A stretch of DNA of 29,596 nt. Origin: Pyrobaculum sp. (GTDB lineage: Archaea > Thermoproteota > Thermoprotei > Thermoproteales > Thermoproteaceae). The first letter of the stretch is position 1. Each line of letters starts with the position of its first letter. The notes under the pieces were generated by a model. It was not told the origin of the DNA. It ran no database searches and saw only the letters and a list, made by a program, of their open reading frames with translations. The position numbers and the translations under genes are program-made. Positions 17,886 to 27,163 of this stretch are shown here, piece after piece. The stretch lies in the NCBI GenBank assembly GCA_046293555.1, contig JBKBOT010000013.1:13134-42729 (forward strand), written 5' to 3'.

Positions 17886-19562
17886 ATGTTGTCTAAAGTC
17901 TGGGTTAAAAACTACGACGAGGGCGTGCCCCCCGAGGTAGACATCAGGCCCGCCCCCCTCTTCCAGTATCTAGACGCGCAGGTCTCTAAAGGTGGCGACG
18001 CGGCGGCGTATATATACTTCGGCCGTGAGACTACCTTCAGGACTGTGGGTAACCACAGCGACCGGGTGGCCGCCGCGTTGAGGGAATGGGGCATATCTAA
18101 GGGAGATGTGGTGGCTCTCTACATGCCCAACACCCCCGCCTTCCCCATTATTTACTACGGCGTCTTGAAGGTAGGCGCCGCCGTGACGCCCATGAACCCG
18201 CTGTATACCGCCAGGGAGGTGATGTACCAGGTTAGAGACTCCGGCGCCAAGATTCTCTTCACTGCAGATATTTTGTACAAAAATGTGGAGGGCGTGGTGG
18301 ACAAGGTCGTGGTGGTAGAGATTACGGAATACATGCCCCCCTTGGTGAAGCCGCTGGCTCGCCTCAAGGTCAAGCCCCCCAAGATAAAATACGGCGGCGG
18401 GGTGACGCCCTACAGGTCGGTGCTGGAGTACAGCCCCACCTCCCAGAGGGCATCTATAAACCCGCTGGAAGACACGGCGGCGGTTATGTACACTGGGGGC
18501 ACCACGGGGGTGCCCAAAGGCGCCGTCATCACCCACGGAAATATCTCCGCCAACCTCCAGCAGCTGAAGCCGCTGTACGACTTGGTGAAAAGAAGGCGGG
18601 GTATCGACAGATTTGTGATGATGGGCCTCCTGCCGTGGTACCACATATATGGCCAGGTGGCGGTGATGCACTACGGAATTTTTGACGGCGCCACCGTGGT
18701 GGCAATGCCGAGGCCAGACATAGAGCAGTTAATGAAGTTGGTACAGAAATACCGCGTCCACGTCCTCCACGGCGTCCCCACGTTATACAACATGGTGGTA
18801 AACCACCCCAAGGCCAGGCGGTTCGACCTCTCCAGTCTCGCCTTCTGTATCTCCGGCGCGGCCCCACTGCCGGTAGAGGTGGCCAAGAGGTTTGAAGAGC
18901 TGACAGGCGCCGTGTTGCGAGAGGGCTACGGCCTCACCGAGACGGCCGTGGTGACACACGTCAACCCCCTCTACGGCAGGGCCAAGCTGGGGTCAATTGG
19001 CGTGCCCATACCCTCCACCCACGCGGCAGTGGCCGACCTGGAGAAGCCGGCGCTGCTGCCCCCAGGCCAGGTGGGGGAAATCGTCATCTCGGGCCCCCAG
19101 GTCTTCAGGGGGTATCACAACAGGCCTGAAGAAAACGCCGCCGCCTTTTTTGAGTGCTGCGGCTTGAGGTGGTTTAGAACCGGCGACCTTGGCTACATGG
19201 ACGAAGAGGGCTACTTCTACGTGGTGGACAGGAAGAAAGACTTGATAAAATACAAGGGCTATTCGGTATTTAGCAGAGAGATTGAGGAGCTGTTGTATCA
19301 ACACCCCTGTGTAAAAGAGGCGGCGGTGATCGGCGTCCCGCATCCAGAGGCCGGCGAGATACCCAAGGCATACATAGTGCTAAGGGAGGAATGCCGCAAC
19401 AAAGTCACGGCGGAGGAGATAATCAGGTGGACAGAAGACAAGCTAGCTCCCTACAAGAGGCCTAGGGCTGTGGAGTTTAGAGACAATCTGCCCAAATCTG
19501 CGGTAGGCAAGATACTAAAGAGGGAGCTAAGAGAAGAGGAGCTAAAAAAGGCCGCCGGATGA
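17886..19562 (+). CDS. Long-chain fatty acid--CoA ligase (AMP-binding)
   Basis: YTGGTTGVPKG, EGYGLTET, RTGDLG, DRKKDLIK and LPKSAVGKILKR. Start ATG 17886; the track's 17583 extension overlaps the ACAD gene. Confidence 0.95.
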   Translation: MLSKVWVKNYDEGVPPEVDIRPAPLFQYLDAQVSKGGDAAAYIYFGRETTFRTVGNHSDRVAAALREWGISKGDVVALYMPNTPAFPIIYYGVLKVGAAVTPMNPLYTAREVMYQVRDSGAKILFTADILYKNVEGVVDKVVVVEITEYMPPLVKPLARLKVKPPKIKYGGGVTPYRSVLEYSPTSQRASINPLEDTAAVMYTGGTTGVPKGAVITHGNISANLQQLKPLYDLVKRRRGIDRFVMMGLLPWYHIYGQVAVMHYGIFDGATVVAMPRPDIEQLMKLVQKYRVHVLHGVPTLYNMVVNHPKARRFDLSSLAFCISGAAPLPVEVAKRFEELTGAVLREGYGLTETAVVTHVNPLYGRAKLGSIGVPIPSTHAAVADLEKPALLPPGQVGEIVISGPQVFRGYHNRPEENAAAFFECCGLRWFRTGDLGYMDEEGYFYVVDRKKDLIKYKGYSVFSREIEELLYQHPCVKEAAVIGVPHPEAGEIPKAYIVLREECRNKVTAEEIIRWTEDKLAPYKRPRAVEFRDNLPKSAVGKILKRELREEELKKAAG

Positions 19563-19616
19563 CGCCCACACGGCGGGGGGCACCCTCGTGCCTACGTCGG
19601 TAAAGAGAGGTTTTTG

Positions 19617-20417
19617 ATGTGGCCCTACCTCAAGATCTTCTCGGCGGCGCTCCTGTGGTCTACTATCGGCCTTGCCGCACATTTTAGCGGCGATTACGTC
19701 TGGACGGCAATCTTGAGGATGGGTATAGTGGCCGTATTTACGATAGCGGCGTGGGGGCCTCCCCGCAGGGGCGGGCTTCTGCCCGGCTTGTTGCTAGGAG
19801 GCCTTTGTACTTCCTATCTAGCCGCGGCGATTTACGCCGGGGTGGGGCCTGCGGCCTATCTTCTCTACACCGCCCCCCTCTGGGCGACGGCTATTCTCTA
19901 CACGTGGGGCGAGAGGCCCTCTAGGCTAGATGTGTTGGGAGTTGTCCTCATACTCGTGGCGGTAGTCATAATGTGGACGGCGTCTGCCACCGGCGAGATA
20001 AAGCCGGTGGGCTTCACAGCCGGCCTCGCCGCTGGGTTTTTCTACGGCGCCTATATAGCTGTGGCGAGGCGGTATGCAAAAATGGGGAGAGAGGCAGAGG
20101 CGTCGCTAGGCGCCATGCCGTATACGCCCCTGGCCGTGTTGCCACTATTTGCCATAATTGAAAACCCCCTGCCCACACTAAAGGCCACGCTGGCCGGCAT
20201 CTACCTCGCCATATTTGCCACGTTGATTCCCTACAGGCTGTTTACCTCCGCCGTGACGAAGGTAAGTGGCCCCAAGGCCTCTGTGTTGGCCTCCATGGAG
20301 GCCGTCCTAGCCGCCCTATGGGGCGCGTTAATCCTCGGCCAGACCCCCGGCATATACACCACAGCCGCCTACATGTTGATAACCACTGCAGTACTCCTCT
20401 CCATATTTAAAAAATAG
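19617..20417 (+). CDS. EamA/DMT-family transporter (paralog 2, close relative of 11326..12120)
   Basis: Same MWPYLKIFSA start and SIFK end as paralog 1, with long identical blocks. Confidence 0.88.
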   Translation: MWPYLKIFSAALLWSTIGLAAHFSGDYVWTAILRMGIVAVFTIAAWGPPRRGGLLPGLLLGGLCTSYLAAAIYAGVGPAAYLLYTAPLWATAILYTWGERPSRLDVLGVVLILVAVVIMWTASATGEIKPVGFTAGLAAGFFYGAYIAVARRYAKMGREAEASLGAMPYTPLAVLPLFAIIENPLPTLKATLAGIYLAIFATLIPYRLFTSAVTKVSGPKASVLASMEAVLAALWGALILGQTPGIYTTAAYMLITTAVLLSIFKK

Positions 20418-20521
20418 CCCCACGTAAAGCCAGCGCCGAGGGGGACGACGTCTGGCAACACTGCAGCCCCCTGCCGCCTTTCAAGCAAGAGTAAAGTTTA
20501 AATATTGCCTTTTTTTTTGAC

Positions 20522-21157
20522 ATGGCGAAATCCCCCAAATGGGGGTATAAAAAGGCGTTACCTAAAGCGTTGTTATTAGCTGTAGTTATGTCAGCAGCCA
20601 TTATAGCCTATGCCGCAGGCACATGCGATACAGAAGACTTCTACCCCTCAAATTACTATATCGATAAAGTGTACGACAGCATTAATAACATAGATACAAT
20701 AATCTCTTTCTATCTCTGGTCTAAACGTTCACAATACTTCCAGCAGGGATACTACCTATCCTTTGATTACTATAGAACTGTTAGCTGTACAGACGGAACA
20801 GATAAAGATGTATATGATTATATTGTTAAAGGTACTTCATTTACAAATTTACCACAACCTACTCGGGAGGATGTAGAGGAGTGGAGGCCTTGTTCATGGG
20901 ACCCCTTTTCGTGGATATGTTGTATATCGCCAAGGTCCTGCAATGAAGAGGTTGAATTGGGAACTAAAAGTCCGCACTTGATAGAACTTAACAAATGGTA
21001 CTATATATATGCGGATTTTACTGTGAAGTCTAGAGATTATTACGCTATGAGGATCGAGCCGGAAGTCGAGCCAGCTACTACCATCACTCTCCCTCCGCGG
21101 GAGGAGTGGTGTTTGTTATTCTGTAGGGAAACAATGTCAGGTAAGAGCGGGTGGTGA
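20522..21157 (+). CDS. Hypothetical secreted Cys/Tyr/Trp-rich protein (AT-rich gene)
   Basis: Basic n-region, hydrophobic h-region and an AYA/A cleavage-like site; 8 Cys in the mature part; TTTAAATA box at 20497-20504. Confidence 0.75.
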   Translation: MAKSPKWGYKKALPKALLLAVVMSAAIIAYAAGTCDTEDFYPSNYYIDKVYDSINNIDTIISFYLWSKRSQYFQQGYYLSFDYYRTVSCTDGTDKDVYDYIVKGTSFTNLPQPTREDVEEWRPCSWDPFSWICCISPRSCNEEVELGTKSPHLIELNKWYYIYADFTVKSRDYYAMRIEPEVEPATTITLPPREEWCLLFCRETMSGKSGW

Positions 21158-21903
21158 TGTCTAGGAGAATTCTTATAGCTCTTGTTACTGTCTTAATAAT
21201 CGCCGTGGCTGTCCTATCTGTACTACATCCACGGGCTGAAAGAAAATACGTGGTGGACGAATTTGGCGAGAGGCATGAAGTAATTGAGGGGGTCTTACTC
21301 TCATATGTCCTCATAAAATATGAGCCATCTAGATACGCGTGGAGTGAGGACTCTTGGCGTGGTTACATCCGGGGTAAATACGCCGCTTGGGATAAGTGGA
21401 GGAAGTTAGTGGATAAATATGGCGACGAGAGATATCCGGCATACGTAATGCCATGTAGACTATTGACATTTGAGGAATTCTTGCAATTAGTAGAAAAACA
21501 CAAACTTCATAAGAGTGTAGTCACAATCTACACCGATGTCTATCTCGCAAACGGCACTTGGTTTGGACATGGTAGAGCTGGCGTTTCAGATAGTGTCGAG
21601 AAAACACTTGAGTATATTAGAGACCGTGCGGAATTTGTGGTAAAGGATTTCTATAGGAGACTTTATGGCCTCAATATCTCTAGTGACGAAATTGTTGTGT
21701 ACGTGGAGGCTTTTTTAGTTAACGCCACGCTTAGAGAACTCGACGCCCTTAGGAAGTCAGAAGACATACTTATGGTAGACCTCCCACTGGATTTAATATG
21801 GCGATATAGAGAGCGGGGAAAGATTGTAGAAGTTAGAAGACTAACTTTCGGCACGCGGTTCTTAACTAGAGAAGACAGCTGTTGGATAAAGAAGGCAGGA
21901 TAA
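21157..21903 (+). CDS. Hypothetical N-terminally membrane-anchored protein (AT-rich gene)
   Basis: MSRRILIALVTVLIIAVAVLSVL anchor; TGATG overlap with the upstream gene; NGT, NIS and NAT sequons. Confidence 0.75.
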   Translation: MSRRILIALVTVLIIAVAVLSVLHPRAERKYVVDEFGERHEVIEGVLLSYVLIKYEPSRYAWSEDSWRGYIRGKYAAWDKWRKLVDKYGDERYPAYVMPCRLLTFEEFLQLVEKHKLHKSVVTIYTDVYLANGTWFGHGRAGVSDSVEKTLEYIRDRAEFVVKDFYRRLYGLNISSDEIVVYVEAFLVNATLRELDALRKSEDILMVDLPLDLIWRYRERGKIVEVRRLTFGTRFLTREDSCWIKKAG

Positions 21904-22100
21904 AGGGGAAATCCCCCCAGTTTTTTCTCATCGGCGTTACTCAAGTCGGCCGGCGTCTGTTCTGCGTTTCTCTACTGGCGTGTCTGGAAGGCGACGGGGG
22001 ATGTCGTGGCGGCTAGTGGCGTGTCTGGGGCGGCTGGCGGGGTGACGTGTGTAGAGAGGGAGATCGAAAGGTTAATATTGGGTGGGGTTTGTGGGGTTTG

Positions 22101-23045
22101 GTGAGGATTGGGGGTCTTGAGGTTGGGCGTGTTGGCGTTGGCGCCTGGCAGGCGGGCGGCGGGGCGTGGGTTGTGGACTTTGGGGAGTTGGAGAGGGCGT
22201 ATTCCTATCTTTTTGACCGCGGGGTCAGGTTTGTGGATACTGCCGAGGTGTATGGCTGGGGGAGGAGTGAGGAGTTTGTGGGGAGGCTTGTGAGGGGTAG
22301 GCCTGAGGTGGTGGTTGCCACGAAGGTGGCTGGCTTCCACTGGGGGCGGGTGTTGAAAAGCGCCGAGGCTAGCAGGAGGCGGCTGGGCCGTGTGGACTTG
22401 TTACAACTCCACTGGCCTCCCCCCGTATATGTGCCGTTGTGTAAGCCGTTACGTGAGTTGGAGAAAGCTGTAGGGCTCGGGCTGGCCTCTGAGGTTGGCG
22501 TCAGTAATTTTGACGTGAGGCTTATGGAGGAGGCTGTCTACTGTATGAAGAGACGTGAGATTGTGTCTGACCAAGTGGTGTATAACCCGCTGCATAGGGC
22601 GGCGGAGGGCCTCGTCGCGTTGGGCCGAGAGAGGAAGTTTGTAGTTATTTCGTGGAGCCCCCTGGCAAAGGGGGCTGTGGTTAAAGACAAGTGGGGGGAT
22701 GACCCGGCCAGACGGCTAGATCCCTCGGCGAGGCGGGCGTCGACGCCCCAGGGGCGGGCTGTGGTAGAGACCATAAAGAAGATTGCAGAGAGGCGGGGCG
22801 TCACGCCGGCGGTGGTGGTGTTGGCTTGGCACGTGGCGAAGGGCGTCTTCCCCATACCTGGCGTGAAGGATGTACGCCAGGCTCAAGACGTGGTGGCGGC
22901 GCTGGGGTTTTCACTTAGCGAAGAGGAGGTGGGGGAGATAGATAGAGTCTCCCAGCCCTTTGTCCAGGGGGGGCTGTGGCCGGGGGTCATGAGGGCGATA
23001 CCTGGCTTCCTTCAGAAATTTGCCTTCCGTCTGGTAAAGATCTAG
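22101..23045 (+). CDS. Aldo/keto reductase
   Basis: GVGAWQAG, VDTAEVYG.G.SE, VATK, DLLQLHWP, GVSNF, WSPLAKG and PIPG. GTG 22101 follows TTAATATT. Confidence 0.93.
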   Translation: MRIGGLEVGRVGVGAWQAGGGAWVVDFGELERAYSYLFDRGVRFVDTAEVYGWGRSEEFVGRLVRGRPEVVVATKVAGFHWGRVLKSAEASRRRLGRVDLLQLHWPPPVYVPLCKPLRELEKAVGLGLASEVGVSNFDVRLMEEAVYCMKRREIVSDQVVYNPLHRAAEGLVALGRERKFVVISWSPLAKGAVVKDKWGDDPARRLDPSARRASTPQGRAVVETIKKIAERRGVTPAVVVLAWHVAKGVFPIPGVKDVRQAQDVVAALGFSLSEEEVGEIDRVSQPFVQGGLWPGVMRAIPGFLQKFAFRLVKI

Positions 23046-23083
23046 CGGCGGTATTGTATATATACTGCCCGATATTATGACAT

Positions 23084-25060
23084 ATGGCGAGAGTTGCGGT
23101 AATTGGGGCTGGCACCATGGGGCACGGCATCGCCGAGCTTTTCGCAATAGCTGGCTACGAGGTGGCTTTGGTGGACATCGCCGAGGAGTTCCTAAAGAGG
23201 GCCCTCCAGAACGTCGAGTGGTCGTTAAAGAAGCTCGCCGAGAGGGGACAGCTGAGAGAAGACCCCCACGCCGTCTTGGCTAGAATCAGGGCTGTAGTTG
23301 GCGACGTGTGTAAAGCCGTGGAGGGGGTAGAGCTGATGGTGGAGGCCGTGGTGGAGGACCTGGAGGTAAAGAAGAAGGTCTTCGCCGAGGCTGACCGCTG
23401 TGCGCCGCCGGGGGCCATACTGGCTACCAACACCTCGTCGCTCCCCATTACGGAGATCGCCGAGGCTGTAAGGCCCGAGAGGAGGCCGGCGGTTGTGGGG
23501 ATGCATTTCTTCAACCCCCCCGTCTTGATGCCTCTGGTGGAGGTGATCAAGGGGGCATACACGGGCGAGGAGGTTGTGAAAAGGGTTGTGGAATACGCCA
23601 GGGGGTTGGGGAAGGAGACCGTGGTGGTGAATCGAGATGTGCCGGGCTTTATTGTCAACAGGATTTTCGCCAGGCTGAACGAGGCTGCCTGCTGGACTGT
23701 CGCCTCTGGGCGGGCCACAGTGCAGGAGGTAGACTCGGCGCTGATCTACAAGGCGGGGCTGCCCATGGGGGCATTTCTCCTGATGGACTACACGGGGCTT
23801 GACGTGATTTGCTATGTGGGTAGCGCCATGGCGCAGAGGGGCTACAAGACGCGCCCCTGTCCGCCAATAGTGGAGAAATGCGGCCAGAAGAAACTTGGCG
23901 TGAAGACAGGGGAGGGGTTTTACACATATCCAGCCCCCGGCAAGTTCCAGTGGCCCGAGATCCCCAAGGCGGCGGGAGATAGGGTAGACGTCGTCGCCCT
24001 TCTGGCGCCAGCTATAAACGAGGCTGCCTACCTGCTGAGAGAGGGGGTAGCCACAAGGGAGGATGTAGACAAGGCAGTGAGGCTAGGCCTCAACTGGCCC
24101 AAGGGGCCGCTACAATATGCAGACGAGTTCGGCATAGACGCCGTGGTGAAGGCGCTGGAGGGGTGGGGGTTTGAGGAGTATAGGCCAGACCCACTCCTGC
24201 TGGAGATGGCCAGGTCGGGGAGGTTGGGGAAGAGGGCGGGGGAGGGGTTTTACACATACGTCAAGGCTGAGGAGAGGAGGCTGGAGACGCTGGTTGTGAG
24301 GTATGAGCCATATGTGGCGTGGATTGTTCTCAACAGGCCGGAGAGGCTAAACGCCATAAACCCCAAGATGGTGGAGGAGCTGTGGGGGGTGCTAGACGAG
24401 ATCGAGAGGGCAGATTACGACAGGGTTAGGGTGGTGGTGATAACTGGCGCCGGCAGGGCCTTCTCCGCCGGGGCGGACGTCACCGCCTTTATGGGCGCCA
24501 CCCCCGTGGCTATCTTCAAGACGTCTAGAAAGCTACAGATGCTCTTCGAGCGGCTGGAGTCGCTAGACCGGCCGGTGGTGTGTGGCATAAATGGCTACGC
24601 CCTCGGCGGCGGGCTAGAGCTAGCCATGGCCTGCGACTTCCGTATAGCTGCCGAAACCGCGGAGCTGGGTCAGCCGGAGATAAACCTGGGCTTTATCCCA
24701 GGCGCCGGGGGGACCCAGAGGCTGGCTAGACACATAGGTCGCGATAAGGCAAAAGAGCTTATCTTTACTGGCGATAGAATCCCGGCGAGGGAGGCAGAGA
24801 GGCTGGGGCTAGTCAACAAGGTGGTGCCTCCAGACAGGTTAGAACAGGAGCTGAGGGCCCTCGCCGGCAGGCTGGCAGAAAGGCCCCCCATAGCGCTGGC
24901 GATGGCTAAATACGCCATAAACTACGGCCTAGAGGCGCCGCAGTGGGTCGGCATGGTGCTAGAGGCGTCGCAATTCGGCCTACTTTTCTCCACAGAAGAC
25001 GTGGTAGAGGGGGTCTCCTCGTTCCTACAGAAAAAGAGGCCCCAGTTTAGAGGCAGGTAA
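23084..25060 (+). CDS. Bifunctional 3-hydroxyacyl-CoA dehydrogenase / enoyl-CoA hydratase (archaeal HAD-ECH order)
   Basis: GAGTMGHGIA, TNTSSL, GMHFFNP and PGFIVNR; C-terminal crotonase with AFSAGAD, GGGLELAMACD and PEINLGFIPGAGGTQRL. Confidence 0.95.
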   Translation: MARVAVIGAGTMGHGIAELFAIAGYEVALVDIAEEFLKRALQNVEWSLKKLAERGQLREDPHAVLARIRAVVGDVCKAVEGVELMVEAVVEDLEVKKKVFAEADRCAPPGAILATNTSSLPITEIAEAVRPERRPAVVGMHFFNPPVLMPLVEVIKGAYTGEEVVKRVVEYARGLGKETVVVNRDVPGFIVNRIFARLNEAACWTVASGRATVQEVDSALIYKAGLPMGAFLLMDYTGLDVICYVGSAMAQRGYKTRPCPPIVEKCGQKKLGVKTGEGFYTYPAPGKFQWPEIPKAAGDRVDVVALLAPAINEAAYLLREGVATREDVDKAVRLGLNWPKGPLQYADEFGIDAVVKALEGWGFEEYRPDPLLLEMARSGRLGKRAGEGFYTYVKAEERRLETLVVRYEPYVAWIVLNRPERLNAINPKMVEELWGVLDEIERADYDRVRVVVITGAGRAFSAGADVTAFMGATPVAIFKTSRKLQMLFERLESLDRPVVCGINGYALGGGLELAMACDFRIAAETAELGQPEINLGFIPGAGGTQRLARHIGRDKAKELIFTGDRIPAREAERLGLVNKVVPPDRLEQELRALAGRLAERPPIALAMAKYAINYGLEAPQWVGMVLEASQFGLLFSTEDVVEGVSSFLQKKRPQFRGR

Positions 25061-25069
25061 CTCCGCCTT

Positions 25070-27133
25070 TTAACGCCTCTGTTTTTTCCTGGCTACATAC
25101 CAGAGGCCCCCGGCGGCCGCCGCGCCCGCGGCTGCCACCACCCCGGCGGCTATGGCGTATTGCGCCTGTGGCTGCCGCTGCATGTCGGCAGGTGCCGTTG
25201 TGCCGTTTGTCACAACTATGGTGACATTGCGGACGACGGCATGGCGATTGCCGTAGGGGTCTGTATAAGTCACTACTAGCCTCAACTGGTGGGCGCCGGG
25301 GGATGTGGCGTTGAAGCTCATGGGTATCGAGGCGCTTTGCTGTGCGTCAAGCTGCCCGGCGAAATATGTGGGGGTGACGGCCTTGACTCCAGGCGGCGTC
25401 TGGGCCTCCACCTGGAGGCTAGCCACCGGGGAGTAGCCCTTGTTTACCACAGTCACAGAGATGAAGAAGGTCTTGTATAGCTCCGGCGTCTGGGGCACCA
25501 CCGCCACGTTTGTCACCTCCACCGCGGGGACCTGGAGCGCCTGTATGTAGAAAGTGCCCTGGGCCGTGCCGACTGTGCCCAGCTCCGTGGTGTAGACAAT
25601 ACTGTAGACAAAGGGCACCGCCCCGCTGAGAGTGGCCGGGGCGATGAAGGAAATGGGGAGGCTGACTTGCTGCAATGGGGCGAGCCTCTCGACCTGGTAG
25701 CTATATGTGGGGGCCACCACGGTGTGGACCCCCGGCGAGATGGTCACAACGGCCTTTTGTACCACAAAGTCGCCGCTGTTGACTATATTCGCGGCGATGG
25801 TGCGGTTGCCGCCCGTGTGGATCACAGACGGCGTCGCCGTTATGGTGAATATGCTGGAAGAAGAGACGGGGAGGGTGGCCACGTACTGCTCGACGCCGCC
25901 GCCGTGGTAAATACTGACAGTAAAGACCACGGGCTGTGTGGAAAGCGGCGTTATCAACATCTGGACGGCCGCCCTATCTCTCCCACTGAAGAAATACGGC
26001 GTGGCTTTATCCACCGCGGCGTTGGAGACAGAGATAGAGGCGTTGAAGACCCCCGGCGCCGCGACGGCCAGCGTGACGTTATTCACCACGCCGGCAATCA
26101 GCCTGGAGGGCCTTACCTCCACTTGAGCCACCCCGCCGAGGCCTTGCTGTACTGCAGCAGACACCGCGGCGGCGTCGGTTTTGACAACCCCGGCGACGCT
26201 GTAGGACAGCTGGACGTTAAATGTCACCACGGGAGAGGTTGGGTAGACCTCCACCGTGGCGGCGCCGCGGCCACCTCTAATGGGGATAGAGACGCTGGAT
26301 TGAGACATGGCGCCGCCGGAGGTGGTGACCACAGCCTCCCCGTCGACAGCCAGCGGGAGGAGGACCGACAGGTTCACCCTGTTGTACCTATTGCCGTACA
26401 AGACGCCGGGGGTCACCACGACGAGGGGGCTGGGGGCAGGCGCGGTGGCGACAGGCGTGAGGAAGCTAAGCGTCACGGGGCTGCCCAGCCAGTCTCTAGA
26501 CTGTATTGTAACTCTCAGAGCCGGCGTCGGGGTGTCGGCAATTAGGGCCACCGGTATTTCCACATGGCTGCCGTTTAGCGCCACCGGGCCCCGGGGCTGT
26601 AACACCCTGGCCCCCTGCCCCTCTACGGCCAGAACTCCGGCTAGCCCATATGGCGACCGTATCGCCAACGTGACATTTGTAGGAAGGCCCAAATGGGCCA
26701 CGCCTCTTACATAAACCTCCGCCGTGGGGTAAGGCGGGATATATATCTCCACGGCCTCCCACTTGGAGATGCCGTCTACAAGCGAGCCTCCCGACAGTCT
26801 GTACCTTGCGTCAAGCGTCACCACGGCGGGGCACATCACGTCGAGTGCGGAGGCCCTCACCTTGATGTTTGCCGAGAAGACTCCAGGCCCTGCGGCGGGG
26901 AGCCGCGCCTCGTCGAGAGGGGTCAGCTCCAGGCACCGCGGCGTGAGTGAAATAGTGACGTCTACATACTGGCTAGAGAGGTAGAAAGAAAGCCGCAGCA
27001 CCCCCACGTCCCCCGGAAATTTCGGCAGTTCTACCCACTGGGCGCCAAGCCAGAGGTAATCCACGGCGTAGCCCCAGCTCTGGGCCAACAGGACTGTGGT
27101 CAACAATATCGCTAACATCCACACAAAGGTCAT
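25070..27133 (-). CDS. Cell-surface protein with Ig-like repeats (COG1361 / S-layer-domain-like) and C-terminal TM anchor
   Basis: Signal peptide, beta-rich V/T/P composition, VVNKG..YTDPYGN CARDB-like module, TM helix followed by a basic tail; divergent from an ABC pair. Confidence 0.75.
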   Translation of the reverse strand: MTFVWMLAILLTTVLLAQSWGYAVDYLWLGAQWVELPKFPGDVGVLRLSFYLSSQYVDVTISLTPRCLELTPLDEARLPAAGPGVFSANIKVRASALDVMCPAVVTLDARYRLSGGSLVDGISKWEAVEIYIPPYPTAEVYVRGVAHLGLPTNVTLAIRSPYGLAGVLAVEGQGARVLQPRGPVALNGSHVEIPVALIADTPTPALRVTIQSRDWLGSPVTLSFLTPVATAPAPSPLVVVTPGVLYGNRYNRVNLSVLLPLAVDGEAVVTTSGGAMSQSSVSIPIRGGRGAATVEVYPTSPVVTFNVQLSYSVAGVVKTDAAAVSAAVQQGLGGVAQVEVRPSRLIAGVVNNVTLAVAAPGVFNASISVSNAAVDKATPYFFSGRDRAAVQMLITPLSTQPVVFTVSIYHGGGVEQYVATLPVSSSSIFTITATPSVIHTGGNRTIAANIVNSGDFVVQKAVVTISPGVHTVVAPTYSYQVERLAPLQQVSLPISFIAPATLSGAVPFVYSIVYTTELGTVGTAQGTFYIQALQVPAVEVTNVAVVPQTPELYKTFFISVTVVNKGYSPVASLQVEAQTPPGVKAVTPTYFAGQLDAQQSASIPMSFNATSPGAHQLRLVVTYTDPYGNRHAVVRNVTIVVTNGTTAPADMQRQPQAQYAIAAGVVAAAGAAAAGGLWYVARKKQRR

Positions 27134-27163
27134 AAAATATATTTTTCTTTAATAATTATTTCT
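27134..27163. promoter_or_regulatory. Compact bidirectional promoter
   Basis: Only 30 bp, almost all A/T, between two divergent ATGs. Confidence 0.6.

Noticed and set aside
19563-19600. GGCAC-CCTC-GTGCC hairpin as an sRNA
   Set aside because: A single short stem in GC-rich DNA with no box motifs.
20526-21916. GAAATCCCCC at both ends of the AT-rich cassette as a target-site duplication
   Set aside because: Only 10 bp, the left copy lies inside the coding sequence, and no integrase or transposase is nearby.
25667-26545. 292-aa antisense ORF, and similar shadow ORFs at 17970..18671, 23155..23718 and 28997..29416
   Set aside because: Shadow ORFs opposite well-supported genes in GC-rich DNA, with no recognisable motifs.
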